Source: Geothrix sp.
Lineage (GTDB): Bacteria; Acidobacteriota; Holophagae; Holophagales; Holophagaceae
Direction of reading: 5' to 3'
Length of the DNA stretch: 64,000 nt
Assembly: GCF_020622065.1 (NCBI RefSeq)
Contig: NZ_JAHRYQ010000002.1
Coordinates: 234,232 to 298,231 of the forward strand
Shown here one piece after another: positions 1 to 10,166 of the stretch (position 1 is the first letter of the stretch; the number at the start of each line of letters is the position of its first letter). Under the pieces are notes generated by a model. The model searched no databases and was not told where the DNA came from. It saw only the letters and a list, made by a program, of their open reading frames with translations. The translations under genes and the position numbers were made by a program.

Positions 1-77
1 TCCGCTGGGACCCCAAGCAGAAGGTCTACTTCGGGGCCTCCGAATCGCGGAAGGACGGACAGGCGGCGGGATTCTAA
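1..77 (+). CDS. 3' end of an upstream gene, possibly gamma-glutamyltransferase (C-terminal 24 codons only)
   Basis: Frame 3 reads RWDPKQKVYFGASESRKDGQAAGF then TAA at 75-77. The tail resembles the conserved ...D.RKDG.A.G(Y/F) C-terminus of gamma-glutamyltranspeptidases. The fragment is too short for certainty. Confidence 0.3.
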   Translation, partial: RWDPKQKVYFGASESRKDGQAAGF

Positions 78-1276
78 AGAAACATCACCGGATCCAGGCC
101 CCAGGCCAGGGGCTCCTCGTAATCCACGATCTCTTCGCTCCCGCGGGCCAGATCGAGATCCCTGGGATGCAGCCGCACCTTGCGGCTCGCATCGAAGATC
201 ACCCGCACGGTGGGCCGGAGCAGATCTTCCCCCTGCTCCACCACCACGGCCAGCCGGCCCCCGGACAGGCGCACCAGCGACCCCACCGGGTAGATGCCCA
301 GGGCCCGGATGAAGTGCTGCACCAGGTCGCCATCCAGGTGCGAACCGCTCCATTCCAGGAGCCGCTTCAGCACCTCGGAGGGCTCCTTCCCCTTGTGATA
401 GACGCGGTTGGAGGTAAGCGCGTCGTAGACATCCACGATGGCGGCCATGCGGCCGATCTGGGAGATCTCCCCGGCGGCGATCCCCCGGGGGTAGCCGCCG
501 CCGGACACCTTCTCGTGATGCTCCCCGGCGATGCGGATGACCAGGCTGGAGATCCCGGGCACGCCCTTGAGGATCGCCTCGCCGAGGTCGGCATGGGACT
601 TCATGACGGCGAACTCGTCCTCCGTCAGCTTTCCCGGCTTGTTGAGGATCTCGTTCGGGACCTTCATCTTCCCCACATCGTGGAGCAGCCCGCCCAGACC
701 CGCCTCCTCCACCGTGGCGGCATCCATGCCCAGGGCCTGGGCGAAGGACACCAGCAGGGCGCAGATGCTCACCGAGTGCTGGAAGGTGTAAGTATCGGCA
801 TCCTTGATGCGGGACAGGCTGATCAGCGCCCCGGGGTTCCGCAGCACGGAGGAGCGCATCGCCTTCACCAGGGGCAGGGCCTTGGCCGGATCCAGCTGCT
901 TTCCAAGCCGCACATCCTGGAGCAGCCCCTGCACCACATCGGCCGCTTCGCCCAGGATGCTCCGCGCGGCGATCGCCTCCTCCCGCTGGGAGACGCGGGC
1001 CGGGGCGAGTGCGGCCCCACCCGCGGCCGAAGCCCTGAGCCGCTGCTCCAGGCCCTGTTCGATCTCCGCCTGGGTGAGGGCGCCCGCCACATCGTCCCCA
1101 CGGGCGGTGTCGATGTAGATTTCATTCAGCCCCTGGTCCCTCATCTTCTGAATCTGATCGGCATGCTTCAACACGAAACGCTGCCGGATAAATCCATGTT
1201 CAAGCCAGCTACAATTGAGGTCGTGGACATACATGCCCGCCTTGAGGTCCTCCACCTTCACCCGTTTGATGGTCAT
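74..1276 (-). CDS. HD-GYP domain c-di-GMP phosphodiesterase with N-terminal DUF3391-like module
   Basis: 400-aa ORF with HD motif (LLHDVGK) and HHEKVSGGGYP (HD-GYP signature). The N-terminus MTIKRVKVEDLKAGMYVHDL is typical of this architecture. Confidence 0.85.
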   Translation of the reverse strand: MTIKRVKVEDLKAGMYVHDLNCSWLEHGFIRQRFVLKHADQIQKMRDQGLNEIYIDTARGDDVAGALTQAEIEQGLEQRLRASAAGGAALAPARVSQREEAIAARSILGEAADVVQGLLQDVRLGKQLDPAKALPLVKAMRSSVLRNPGALISLSRIKDADTYTFQHSVSICALLVSFAQALGMDAATVEEAGLGGLLHDVGKMKVPNEILNKPGKLTEDEFAVMKSHADLGEAILKGVPGISSLVIRIAGEHHEKVSGGGYPRGIAAGEISQIGRMAAIVDVYDALTSNRVYHKGKEPSEVLKRLLEWSGSHLDGDLVQHFIRALGIYPVGSLVRLSGGRLAVVVEQGEDLLRPTVRVIFDASRKVRLHPRDLDLARGSEEIVDYEEPLAWGLDPVMFL

Positions 1277-1491
1277 GCTTCGTGCGCTCCCCTTCTCCCC
1301 TGAATCGGTCCCGAAGGCCCGGAGAATGAGTCGGGTATGGGCGGCCTCCCCCTCTGTCCAGAATTCGGGGATACCCGACCGGGCGCCGGGGCGGCAACCC
1401 GCGCGCCATCGGGGAAGCAGCCTCCCGCCCAGCGCCGGACGGGATGTAGAATGAAGGTTCGCACCGCGCCCAGCGGCGTTCTGATGGGGAG

Positions 1492-4074
1492 TTGACCGTG
1501 CTGCAAGCCTATCGCCAACATGTCGCCGAACGGGCCGCCCTGGGCATCCCCCCCCTGCCCCTCACCGAGGCGCAGACCTCCGAACTCACCCACCTGCTGG
1601 CCCATCCCCCCAAGGGCGAAGAGGCCTTCCTCCTGGACCTGCTGACCCACCGCGTGCCCGCCGGTGTGGACGATGCCGCGCGGGTGAAGGCCGGCTTCCT
1701 GGCCGCCGTGGCCAAGGGCACTGAGACCGTGGCCCTGGTGCCGCGAGAGAAGGCCACGGAACTGCTGGGCACCATGCTCGGCGGCTTCAATGTGAAGCCC
1801 CTCATCGACCTGCTGGATGATGCCGCTGTGGGCGGAATCGCCGCCGAGGGCCTGAAGAAGACCCTGCTGGTCTTTGATGCCTTTGCCGAGGTCAAGGCCA
1901 AGGCCGATGCCGGCAACGCCCACGCCCAGGCCGTGCTGAAGTCCTGGGCCGAGGCCGAGTGGTTCACCAGCCGCCCCGAAGTGCCCCAGAGCCTCACACT
2001 CACCGTGTTCAAGGTGACTGGCGAGACCAACACCGATGACCTCTCCCCGGCGCCCGACGCCTGGAGCCGCCCCGACATCCCGCTCCACGCCGTGGCCATG
2101 CTGAAGAACGCCCGCCCCGGCATTCAGCCGGACGAGCCCGGCAAGATCGGCCCCCTCAAGCAGCTGGAGGCCCTCAAGGCCAAGGGCCACCTCGTGGCTT
2201 ATGTGGGCGATGTGGTGGGCACCGGCTCCAGCCGCAAGTCCGCCACCAACTCCGTGCTCTGGTTCACGGGCGAGGACATCCCCTTCGTGCCCAACAAGCG
2301 CTTCGGCGGTGTCTGCCTGGGCTCCAAGATCGCGCCGATCTTCTACAACACCATGGAAGACGCCGGCGCCCTGCCCATCGAGCTGGATGTCAACGGCATG
2401 GACATGGGCGATGTCATCGAGCTGCGCCCCCACGAGGGCAAGGCCCTGAAGAACGGCCAGGTCATCGCCGAGTTCAAGGTGAAGTCCGAGGTCATCTTCG
2501 ATGAGGTCCGCGCGGGTGGCCGCATCCCGCTCATCATCGGCCGGGGCCTCACGGCCAAGGCCCGTGCCGCCCTGGGCCTGCCCGCCTCCACGGCCTTCCG
2601 CCTGCCGGCCGTGCCCAAGGACACGGGCAAGGGGTTCTCGCTCGCGCAGAAGATGGTGGGTCGCGCCTGCGGCGTGAAGGGCATCCGCCCCGGCACCTAC
2701 TGCGAGCCGCGCATGACCACCGTGGGCTCCCAGGACACCACGGGCCCCATGACCCGCGACGAGCTGAAGGATCTGGCCTGCCTGCAGTTCTCCGCCGACA
2801 TGGTGATGCAGTCCTTCTGCCACACCGCCCCCTACCCCAAGCCCGTGGATGTGAAGACCCACCGAGAGCTGCCGCCCTTCATCACCAACCGCGGCGGCGT
2901 CTCGCTGAAGCCCGGCGACGGCGTCATCCACAGCTGGCTGAACCGCCTGCTGCTGCCTGACACCGTCGGCACCGGCGGCGATTCGCACACCCGCTTCCCC
3001 ATCGGCATCTCCTTCCCCGCGGGTTCGGGCCTGGTGGCCTTCGCCGCCGCCACGGGCGTCATGCCCCTGGACATGCCGGAATCCGTGCTGGTGCGCTTCA
3101 AGGGCGACCTGCAGCCCGGCGTCACCCTGCGCGACCTGGTGAACGCCATCCCCTACTACGCCATCCAGCAGGGCCTGCTCACCGTCGAGAAGAAGGGCAA
3201 GAAGAACATCTTCAGCGGCCGCATCCTCGAGATCGAGGGCCTGCCCAAGCTCAAGGTGGAACAGGCCTTCGAGCTCTCCGACGCCTCCGCCGAACGGTCC
3301 GCCGCCGGCTGCACCGTGCGCTTGGACAAGGAACCGATCATCGAGTACATGAACTCCAACATCGTGCTCATGAAGTGGATGATCGCCAACGGCTACGAGC
3401 ACCGCGAAACGCTGGAGAACCGCATCCGCGCCATGCAGGCCTGGATCGCCCAGCCGGAGCTGCTGGCCCCCGATGCGGATGCGGATTACGCCGCCGTCAT
3501 CGAGATCGATCTGGCCGAGGTGAAGGAGCCCCTGCTGGCCTGCCCCAACGATCCCGACGATGTGAAGCTCCTGTCCACGGTGGCCGGCGACAAGATCGAC
3601 GAAGTCTTCATCGGTTCCTGCATGACCAACATCGGCCACTTCCGCGCCGCCGGGAAGCTGCTGGACGGCAAGAGCGACATTCCCACGCGCCTCTGGATCG
3701 CCCCGCCCACCAAGATGGACGAGTATGTCCTCACCCAGGAGGGCTACTACGGCATCCTCGGCCGCACCGGGGCCCGCATGGAGATGCCCGGCTGCTCGCT
3801 GTGCATGGGCAACCAGGCGCAGATCCGCAAGGGCAGCACGGCCATGTCCACCTCCACCCGCAACTTCCCCAACCGGCTGGGGCTGGACACCCGGGTCTAC
3901 CTGGGATCGGCTGAACTGGCCGCCATCTGCGCCCTGCTCGGCAGGATCCCCACCGTGGCCGAGTACATGGCCCAGATCGGCATCGTCGGAACCAAGGCCG
4001 GCGACATCTACCGCTACATGAACTTCGATCAGATCGCGGATTTCCGCGAAGTGGCCGATACCGTCCAGGTCTAG
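1492..4074 (+). CDS. acnB: aconitate hydratase B (bifunctional aconitase 2 / 2-methylisocitrate dehydratase)
   Basis: 860-aa ORF colinear with E. coli AcnB over its full length ([75 protein letters not shown]). Start is TTG 1492 or GTG 1498. Confidence 0.95.
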   Translation: MTVLQAYRQHVAERAALGIPPLPLTEAQTSELTHLLAHPPKGEEAFLLDLLTHRVPAGVDDAARVKAGFLAAVAKGTETVALVPREKATELLGTMLGGFNVKPLIDLLDDAAVGGIAAEGLKKTLLVFDAFAEVKAKADAGNAHAQAVLKSWAEAEWFTSRPEVPQSLTLTVFKVTGETNTDDLSPAPDAWSRPDIPLHAVAMLKNARPGIQPDEPGKIGPLKQLEALKAKGHLVAYVGDVVGTGSSRKSATNSVLWFTGEDIPFVPNKRFGGVCLGSKIAPIFYNTMEDAGALPIELDVNGMDMGDVIELRPHEGKALKNGQVIAEFKVKSEVIFDEVRAGGRIPLIIGRGLTAKARAALGLPASTAFRLPAVPKDTGKGFSLAQKMVGRACGVKGIRPGTYCEPRMTTVGSQDTTGPMTRDELKDLACLQFSADMVMQSFCHTAPYPKPVDVKTHRELPPFITNRGGVSLKPGDGVIHSWLNRLLLPDTVGTGGDSHTRFPIGISFPAGSGLVAFAAATGVMPLDMPESVLVRFKGDLQPGVTLRDLVNAIPYYAIQQGLLTVEKKGKKNIFSGRILEIEGLPKLKVEQAFELSDASAERSAAGCTVRLDKEPIIEYMNSNIVLMKWMIANGYEHRETLENRIRAMQAWIAQPELLAPDADADYAAVIEIDLAEVKEPLLACPNDPDDVKLLSTVAGDKIDEVFIGSCMTNIGHFRAAGKLLDGKSDIPTRLWIAPPTKMDEYVLTQEGYYGILGRTGARMEMPGCSLCMGNQAQIRKGSTAMSTSTRNFPNRLGLDTRVYLGSAELAAICALLGRIPTVAEYMAQIGIVGTKAGDIYRYMNFDQIADFREVADTVQV

Positions 4075-4087
4075 GCTCCCCCCATCT

Positions 4088-4124
4088 GGGAAGCGGCCCG
4101 GGACATCGCCCCGGGCCGTTTCCC
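4088..4124 (+). terminator. GC-rich hairpin downstream of acnB (terminator-like)
   Basis: gggaagcggcccggg / cccgggccgtttccc forms a 15-bp stem (one G-U pair) with a 7-nt loop, 14 nt after the acnB stop. There is no clear U-tract. Confidence 0.4.
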
Positions 4125-4188
4125 AGTGACCGTCCGCGTGGTTTGTGTTAGCCTCATCAGTTCTTACACCACCTTTCGGGGGGTTCCC

Positions 4189-4677
4189 ATGGGGATCTTT
4201 GAGGGCCACATCCGCGTGCACGAGGGCGATCGCTTCGCCCTGGTCGCCTCGCGCTGGAATGACTTCATCGTCGAACGCCTCATCGACGGCGCGAAGGACT
4301 GCATCCTCCGCCACGGCGGACGGGAAGACCAGCTGGACCTCATCCGCGTCCCGGGAAGCTTCGAGCTGCCCCAGGCGGCCAAGCTGGCGGCCCAGAGCGG
4401 CCGCTATGCGGGCGTCATCGTGCTGGGTTCGGTCATCCGGGGCGGTACGCCGCACTTCGACATGATCGCCGCCGAAGTCACCAAGGGCGCCGCCCAGGTG
4501 GCCCTGGACACCGGCCTGCCGCTGGCCTTCGGCGTACTGACGACCGACAGCGTGGAGCAGGCCATCGACCGGGCCGGCGCGAAGATGGGCAACAAGGGCT
4601 GGGAGGCCGCCCAGAGCGTCCTCGAGATGACCGACCTCGCCCATGCCCTCAAAGCTGCTGCGAAGGGGCGCAAGTAG
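4189..4677 (+). CDS. ribH: 6,7-dimethyl-8-ribityllumazine synthase
   Basis: [35 protein letters not shown]... is classic RibH. Start refined to ATG 4189 within ORF 4126-4677. Confidence 0.9.
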   Translation: MGIFEGHIRVHEGDRFALVASRWNDFIVERLIDGAKDCILRHGGREDQLDLIRVPGSFELPQAAKLAAQSGRYAGVIVLGSVIRGGTPHFDMIAAEVTKGAAQVALDTGLPLAFGVLTTDSVEQAIDRAGAKMGNKGWEAAQSVLEMTDLAHALKAAAKGRK

Positions 4678-5145
4678 ATGGGTGTCCGTCGCCGGGGGCG
4701 CGAGTACGCCCTTCAAATGCTGTATGCCATGGACCTGACCGGCTATCAGCCGGACCAGGTGTTCGCCGGCTTCTACGCCATCCAGGATCTGAACCGGGAT
4801 GCGTTCTACTATGCCCGGCGCCTGGTGGACGGCGTGCACGGCCATCTCGACGAGATCGACGGGGTGCTGGCGAAGTACGCCGAGCACTGGAAGATCCACC
4901 GCATGGCCGCCGTGGATCGCAACCTGCTCCGCCTGGGGCTGTTCGAGCTGATCTATGTGAAGGAAGTCCCCTTCCCCATCGTCATCAACGAAGCCCTGGA
5001 GATCGTGAAGGAATTCAGCGACCAGGAAGGCACGCAATTCCTCAACGGCATCCTGGATGCCGCCCGCAAAGAGTTCCGCCCAGAAGAAAACGGCCCCCGG
5101 ATCAAGAAGAAGGTCGGGGCTGCAGAACCTCCTGAAGAATCATGA
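4678..5145 (+). CDS. nusB: transcription antitermination factor NusB
   Basis: RRGREYALQMLYAMDL...AAVDRNLLRLGLFEL matches NusB. The ATG directly follows the ribH TAG, and ribH-nusB is a conserved gene order. Confidence 0.9.
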   Translation: MGVRRRGREYALQMLYAMDLTGYQPDQVFAGFYAIQDLNRDAFYYARRLVDGVHGHLDEIDGVLAKYAEHWKIHRMAAVDRNLLRLGLFELIYVKEVPFPIVINEALEIVKEFSDQEGTQFLNGILDAARKEFRPEENGPRIKKKVGAAEPPEES

Positions 5146-5214
5146 CCTGATCCGCCCCGGCTGGTTTGCTATGCTCGATCCCTTCCCCAGCCCGATCCGA
5201 TCGTTGGAGCTTTG

Positions 5215-5778
5215 ATGAGCACTTCACGCAAGAAGCCCGCTGCCGACAAGAAGACCCCCCAGGCCTCCAAGGCCACCGCCGCCCCCAGGCCCGCCGCCTC
5301 CCGCACCACCCCCACCGCCATCGGCCTTGAGGAGATCAAGAGCCTCATCGCGCTCGTGGGCCGCGAACCCTTCCAGGAATTCGAGTTCGAAGCCGGCGAC
5401 ATGCGGTTCCGCATCCGCAAGGACGGCCCCGCCCCCGTGGTCCACGCGGCCCCGATGGTGGTCGCCGCCCCCCTGGCCCCAGCGGCCATGCCTTCCGCCC
5501 CCGCCCCGCAGCCCGTCGGGCCGGTGGACGAGCCCGGCATCCACTATGTCACCAGCCCCATCGTGGGCACCTTCTACCGCGCCTCCAATCCCAGCGCCGC
5601 GCCCTATGTGTCTCCCGGTGATTATGTGAAGCCCGGCCAGACCCTGTGCATCGTCGAAGCCATGAAGCTCATGAACGAGATCGAAAGCGATGTGGCCGGC
5701 GAAGTCGTGAAGGTGCTGGTGGAGAACGGCACTCCCGTCGAGTACGGCGAGCGCCTCTACGCGGTCCGGATCGGCTAG
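5215..5778 (+). CDS. accB: acetyl-CoA carboxylase biotin carboxyl carrier protein
   Basis: C-terminal biotinyl domain with [15 protein letters not shown] and an Ala/Pro-rich linker. ATG 5215 is preceded by GGAG. Confidence 0.9.
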   Translation: MSTSRKKPAADKKTPQASKATAAPRPAASRTTPTAIGLEEIKSLIALVGREPFQEFEFEAGDMRFRIRKDGPAPVVHAAPMVVAAPLAPAAMPSAPAPQPVGPVDEPGIHYVTSPIVGTFYRASNPSAAPYVSPGDYVKPGQTLCIVEAMKLMNEIESDVAGEVVKVLVENGTPVEYGERLYAVRIG

Positions 5779-5780
5779 CC

Positions 5781-7211
5781 ATGGGCGCAGCCATTCGACG
5801 CAAGTCAACCCCGGCTGCGGCGGCCCCCGCCGACGCGCCGCCCTTCAAGAAGATCCTCATCGCCAACCGGGGCGAGATCGCGCTGCGCGTGATCCTGGCC
5901 TGCAAGGAGATGGGCATCCAGACCGTGGCCGTCTATTCGGAAGCGGATCGCAATGCCCTGCATGTGCGTTTCGCCGACGAGGAAGTCTGCATCGGCCCCC
6001 CGCCCTCCTCGAAGTCCTACCTGAACATCCCCCAGGTCATCGCCGCCGCCGAAGTCACCGGCGCCGAGGCCATCCACCCGGGGTACGGCTTCCTCAGCGA
6101 GAACGCCCACTTCGTCGAAGTCTGCCAGGCCTGCGGCATCACCTTCATCGGGCCCAGCGGCGAGATCATCCGCAAGATGGGCAACAAGGCCCAGGCCAAG
6201 GCCACCATGCTGGAGGCCGGCGTGCCCCTCATGCCGGGCAGCGACGGCCTCGTGGAGACGGTCGAGGAGGCCCTGGTGGTGGCCGAGCAGATCGGCTATC
6301 CCGTCATCGTCAAGGCCAGTGCCGGAGGCGGCGGGCGCGGCATGCGCATCTGCAACAACGCCGAGGAACTGCCGGATCTCTACAACACCGCCCGCAGCGA
6401 GGCCAAGAACGCCTTCGGCGACGATGGCGTCTACATGGAGAAATACCTCCTGGAGCCGCGCCACATCGAAGTCCAGATCATGGGCGACCTCTTCGGCAAT
6501 GTGGTGCACCTGGGCGAGCGCGAGTGCTCCATCCAGCGCCGCCACCAGAAGCTCATCGAGGAGAGCCCCAGTGCGGTCCTCGATCCGGCCCTGCGCCAGC
6601 GCATCTGCGACACGGCCGTGCGCGCGGCCAAGGCCGTCGGCTACTACAATGCGGGCACCATCGAGTTCCTCCTCGACAAGCGCGGCGACTTCTTCTTCAT
6701 GGAGATGAACACCCGCGTCCAGGTGGAGCACCCCGTCACGGAGCTGGTCACGGGCATCGACATCGTGAAAGAGCAGATCCGCATCGCCGCCGGCCAGAAG
6801 CTCAGCTTCCGCCAGGAGGATGTGGTCCAGAAGGGCCACGCCATCGAGTGCCGCATCAATGCCGAGGATCCCTTCAAGTTCACGCCCTGCCCCGGCCGCA
6901 TCACCGCCCTGCACTTCCCCGGCGGCCCCGGCATCCGCGTGGATACTGCCATGCACCAGGATGCGGTCATCCCGCCCCACTACGACTCCATGGTGGCCAA
7001 GCTCATCGCCTTCGGTGCCAACCGCACCGAGGCCATCGCCCGCATGCGCCGGGCCTTGGACACCCTGGTGATCGAGGGCATCAAGACCACCGCCCCCCTG
7101 CACCGCCGCATCATGGACCAGCCTGACTTCATCGCCGGCACCTTCTCCACCAAGTGGCTGGAAGGCTACCTTGAGGAGTTGAAGCGCGATCCGACAGGGG
7201 ATCCACGGTAG
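5781..7211 (+). CDS. accC: acetyl-CoA carboxylase biotin carboxylase subunit
   Basis: [25 protein letters not shown]..., ATP-grasp core and [14 protein letters not shown]. Start refined to ATG 5781, 3 nt after the accB stop. The upstream part of ORF 5646-7211 overlaps accB. Confidence 0.95.
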   Translation: MGAAIRRKSTPAAAAPADAPPFKKILIANRGEIALRVILACKEMGIQTVAVYSEADRNALHVRFADEEVCIGPPPSSKSYLNIPQVIAAAEVTGAEAIHPGYGFLSENAHFVEVCQACGITFIGPSGEIIRKMGNKAQAKATMLEAGVPLMPGSDGLVETVEEALVVAEQIGYPVIVKASAGGGGRGMRICNNAEELPDLYNTARSEAKNAFGDDGVYMEKYLLEPRHIEVQIMGDLFGNVVHLGERECSIQRRHQKLIEESPSAVLDPALRQRICDTAVRAAKAVGYYNAGTIEFLLDKRGDFFFMEMNTRVQVEHPVTELVTGIDIVKEQIRIAAGQKLSFRQEDVVQKGHAIECRINAEDPFKFTPCPGRITALHFPGGPGIRVDTAMHQDAVIPPHYDSMVAKLIAFGANRTEAIARMRRALDTLVIEGIKTTAPLHRRIMDQPDFIAGTFSTKWLEGYLEELKRDPTGDPR

Positions 7212-7238
7212 GGCCTGATCCGATAGACTGGACCCTGC

Positions 7239-7314
7239 GCCGCCTTAGCTCAGTTGGTAGAGCTCCAGCTTTGTAATCTGGAGGTCGCCGGTTCGATTCC
7301 GGCAGGCGGCTCCA
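7239..7314 (+). tRNA. tRNA-Thr (anticodon UGU)
   Basis: Hand-folded cloverleaf: acceptor gccgcct/aggcggc, D-arm gctcagttggtagagc, anticodon loop tt-TGT-aa, T-arm gccggttcgattccggc, encoded CCA. Confidence 0.9.
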
Positions 7315-7355
7315 ATGCCGGGGAACCTCATGGACCATTCCGCCCAGACCCGACC

Positions 7356-8966
7356 GTGAGCGAGTCCCCCCGCGCCCGTCCCAGCCTGCTCCGCTCCGCC
7401 GGGGTCGTCGGGCTGATGACGCTGCTGAGCCGCCTCACGGGGCTGCTCCAGACCTTCTTCCTCAGCCATGTGCTGGGGGCGGGAGCCGCCGCGGATGCCT
7501 ACGCCGTGGCCTTCCGCCTGCCCAACCTGCTGCGCCGCTTCACCGCCGAAGGCACCATGACCGCCGCCTTCCTGCCCACCCTGGCCGAGGCCGAGGCCGC
7601 CGAGGGCGAGGCCGCGGTGAAGGCCGTGGCCGCGCGGTTCCTGGGCACCCTGCTGGTGATCCTGCTGCTGGGCGTGGTCCTCGTCCTCCTGTTCATGGGG
7701 CCCCTGGCGGGCCTGCTGATGCTGGGGCGCCCCGAGGCCCAGAGCGAGCTCACCACCCGGCTGGGCCGCATCATGTTCCCCTACCTGGCCCTGGTGAGCC
7801 TCACGGCGGGCTTCGCGGGCCTGCTGAACCTGCGCCACCGCTTCGCCCTGGCGGCCTCGGTCTCGGTGTTCTGGAACCTGGCCTTCATCGCCTTCGGCTG
7901 GCTCTCGCTGCGCCTGCTGGGACGGGGCGGCCCCGTGCCCCTCGAGACCGTCTCGGTGGTGTGCGCCCTGGCCGTGCTGGCGGGGGGCGTACTCCAGCTG
8001 CTGGTCATCCTGCCCGCCGTGCGGAAGGAGGGCTTCGGCCTCGCCCTTGGCCTGCACCTGCGCGATCCCTGGGTCCGCAAGGCCCTCAAGCGCATGGGGC
8101 CGGGCCTCCTGGCCGCCGGCATCTACCCCATCAACGCCCTGATCAGCGCCATGCTGGCCTCGATGCTCCCCAACGGCGCCCAGATGGTGCTCTACAACAG
8201 CGGCATGATGGGCGAGATGGTGCTCGGGCTCTTCGCCATGAGCCTCGCCACCGCCGGACTGCCCACCCTCTCCCGCCAGGCCGAGGCCCGCGACTGGCCC
8301 GCCCTGAACCGCAGCCTCATGCAGTCCATCTCGGCCTCAGTCCTGCTGGTGCTGCCGGCCTCCGTGGGGCTCGCCGTGCTGGCGCGGCCCATCTGTGCCC
8401 TGCTCTTCCGCACCGGCGCCTACAATCCCGCCGCCGCCGACTGGACCGCCCTCACCCTGGTGTTCCAGTCCGTGGGCCTGGTCTTCGTGGCCGCCCAGCG
8501 CCTGGGCAACCAGGCCCTCTACGCCCTCAAGGACTACCGCGGCCCCGCCGCCCTGGCGGGCGCCACCCTGGTGGTGAATGTGGCCCTCAGCCTCGCGCTG
8601 CTGAAGCCCCTCGGCACCGGCGGCCTGGCCCTGGCCAACGGTCTCGCCAGCCTCGCGGGCCTCGCGGGCCTGCTGCTGCGCCTGCGCCCCCGCCTGCCCG
8701 GCCTGGACCTGCGCCCCCTCCTGGACGCCACCGCCCGCGCCCTCGCCGCCTGCCTCCTCATGGGCCTGCTTGCCTGGGGCGGCGCGCGCCTCCTCACCCT
8801 CGACGCCCCCCACACCTTCACCCGCGCCACCCTGGCGCTGAGGGTCCTGCCCCTCGTCGCCCTCTGCGCGGTGGTTTACGGGGCGACTGCCGCGGGATTC
8901 GGACACCCCGAAGCAAAGGAACTCCTAAGGAAAATCAGAGGGAAGTTCGGGTTCATATTAAAATAA
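7356..8966 (+). CDS. murJ: lipid II flippase MurJ (MviN family)
   Basis: LLRSAGVVGLMTLLSRLTGLLQTFFLSHVLGAGAAADAYAVAFRLPNLLRRFTAEG is the canonical MurJ N-terminus, and the protein is polytopic. Start set at GTG 7356 because the ORF upstream part overlaps the tRNA. Confidence 0.85.
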   Translation: MSESPRARPSLLRSAGVVGLMTLLSRLTGLLQTFFLSHVLGAGAAADAYAVAFRLPNLLRRFTAEGTMTAAFLPTLAEAEAAEGEAAVKAVAARFLGTLLVILLLGVVLVLLFMGPLAGLLMLGRPEAQSELTTRLGRIMFPYLALVSLTAGFAGLLNLRHRFALAASVSVFWNLAFIAFGWLSLRLLGRGGPVPLETVSVVCALAVLAGGVLQLLVILPAVRKEGFGLALGLHLRDPWVRKALKRMGPGLLAAGIYPINALISAMLASMLPNGAQMVLYNSGMMGEMVLGLFAMSLATAGLPTLSRQAEARDWPALNRSLMQSISASVLLVLPASVGLAVLARPICALLFRTGAYNPAAADWTALTLVFQSVGLVFVAAQRLGNQALYALKDYRGPAALAGATLVVNVALSLALLKPLGTGGLALANGLASLAGLAGLLLRLRPRLPGLDLRPLLDATARALAACLLMGLLAWGGARLLTLDAPHTFTRATLALRVLPLVALCAVVYGATAAGFGHPEAKELLRKIRGKFGFILK

Positions 8967-9125
8967 TCACCAATTAAATACCTGATTATCCGCCAGCCTC
9001 AGCCTGAAGTGTCAGGGGTATTGGCTGTCCGGACTTCATGCTTTTATTATGCTAAGCGTCAGCAGATAAAAATGTGTCCAGCCTCCGGAGCCATCATGAA
9101 GGCGGGGGGAGACGCGAGGCTCCAC

Positions 9126-10050
9126 ATGACCAATTATGATGTTCAGCTCCAGAAGGAATTCAGCCTTCGAGAGTTTCTTGAGGACTGCGGCAGAGAGGAC
9201 ACCTGTGGGAATGCCCTGATCCGTGCCCGCTATCCGGAGGGGTTCGTATGCCCTGAGTGCGGCTCCACCGGGCACTATTGCCTCGTCCGTGGTCAATCCC
9301 AATGCCAGGACTATCGAAAGCAGACCAGTCCCACAACGGGAACCATCTTTCAGGGAACCAAGCTCCCGCTGACGGTCTGGTTCTAGGCCATACCCTTCTG
9401 GCCCTGGGCAAGCACTCGGCCTCGGCCATGGAATTAGAGCTCCAGCTTGGAGTCCGTTACGAGACGGCCTGGATGATGAGACAGAAGCTCCTCCAGGTGA
9501 TGATCGAGTGGGAGGAAGGGACCACTCTGAGTGGCCAGGTGGAGATGGGCGACGCCAACATGGGCAGCGAGCACCATGGCGGTAGGCGAGGCGAAGGCGG
9601 AGAGCCGAGGGGAAAACGCCCTTCGTCGTGGCCGTCCAGATGTACATGGGACACCCTGAGAAAGTGCTGCTCATGAAGATGAAGGAGCTAGAGTCAGTCT
9701 CGACCAAGGAGCTGGATCCCTGGTTCCGCAGGTTCATTGAGCCGGGCACCCTGATCCTGACGAACGGATGGTGGATCTATAACTTCCTGGAACCGGACTA
9801 CGGTCACGATGCCTAGAGGCTCCGGGAGGCTGGCCGAGCGTCCAGGTCCCTACTTTCCGCTGGGTGAACACGGTTCCTAGGAATCTGAAGGGCAACATCT
9901 AGAGCGTGACCCGCTGGGTAAGCAGAGTCCATCTGGGCCGCTACTTGGCGGAGTTCCGGTGCCGCTTCAACCGGCGCTTCGACATGAAGTCGATTCTGCC
10001 TCGCCTGCTGACCGCTGCGGCCAGGACTCCAACCCGGCCACAAAGGTTGG
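9126..10050 (+). pseudogene. decayed IS1595-family transposase (multiple frameshifts and in-frame stops)
   Basis: Pieces in three frames follow the IS1595 order: zinc ribbon RYPEGFVCPECGS...TGTIFQGTKLPLTVWF*, then SAMELELQLGVRYETAWMMRQKL...GQVEMGDANMG, then IEPGTLILTNGW..YGHDA*, then VHLGRYLAEFRCRFNRRFD. No intact ORF and no terminal inverted repeats were recognised. Confidence 0.75.
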
Positions 10051-10166
10051 TGGCCATCTCGATAGCCGAATGGTCAAAATCATTAATATCAGCAATAATA
10101 ATTGCCACAAGAGGTATTGCGATACTTGTGGCAGTCAGCTATATTTAGAAATGATGGAGGATGGTT

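Noticed and set aside
4125-4188. Possible FMN riboswitch upstream of ribH
   Set aside because: Only ~64 nt lie between the acnB terminator hairpin and the ribH start, too short for an FMN element. No conserved FMN-box sequence was seen.
1273-5037. 1254-aa ORF on the minus strand spanning acnB, ribH and nusB
   Set aside because: It is antisense to three genes with unmistakable homology. Its composition is extremely biased (G/A/L/H/V/D runs such as [15 protein letters not shown]) and it has no recognisable motif. It is a stop-codon-poor artefact of high G+C.
5805-7103. 432-aa minus-strand ORF. The same reasoning applies to 18994-20667(+), 40857-41975(-), 45953-47101(-), 47162-48436(-), 56950-58425(-), 58949-60187(-), 37573-38715(-), 20687-22182(-) and 9036-9749(-).
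   Set aside because: Each is the mirror frame of a gene with strong family motifs (accC, acyl-CoA ligase, fabH-like, ychF, PilZ, tig, clpP/hisC, TPR, dtd/PAP2, IS relic). All show the typical antisense high-G+C amino-acid bias.
7254-7355. N-terminal extension of the murJ ORF (MVELQLCNLEVAGSIPAGGS...)
   Set aside because: It overlaps tRNA-Thr. The peptide is simply the translation of the tRNA T-arm and acceptor region, and MurJ homology begins after GTG 7356. The same logic applies to the tig ORF extension at 56809-56970 over tRNA-Leu, and to the minus-strand ORFs at 7129-7338 and 56665-56950.
8980-10160. Terminal inverted repeats and target duplications of the IS1595 relic
   Set aside because: I searched by eye for reverse-complement matches between the ~8.98-9.06 kb and ~10.04-10.16 kb flanks. 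I found only short chance matches such as GGTATTG, so the element ends cannot be defined.
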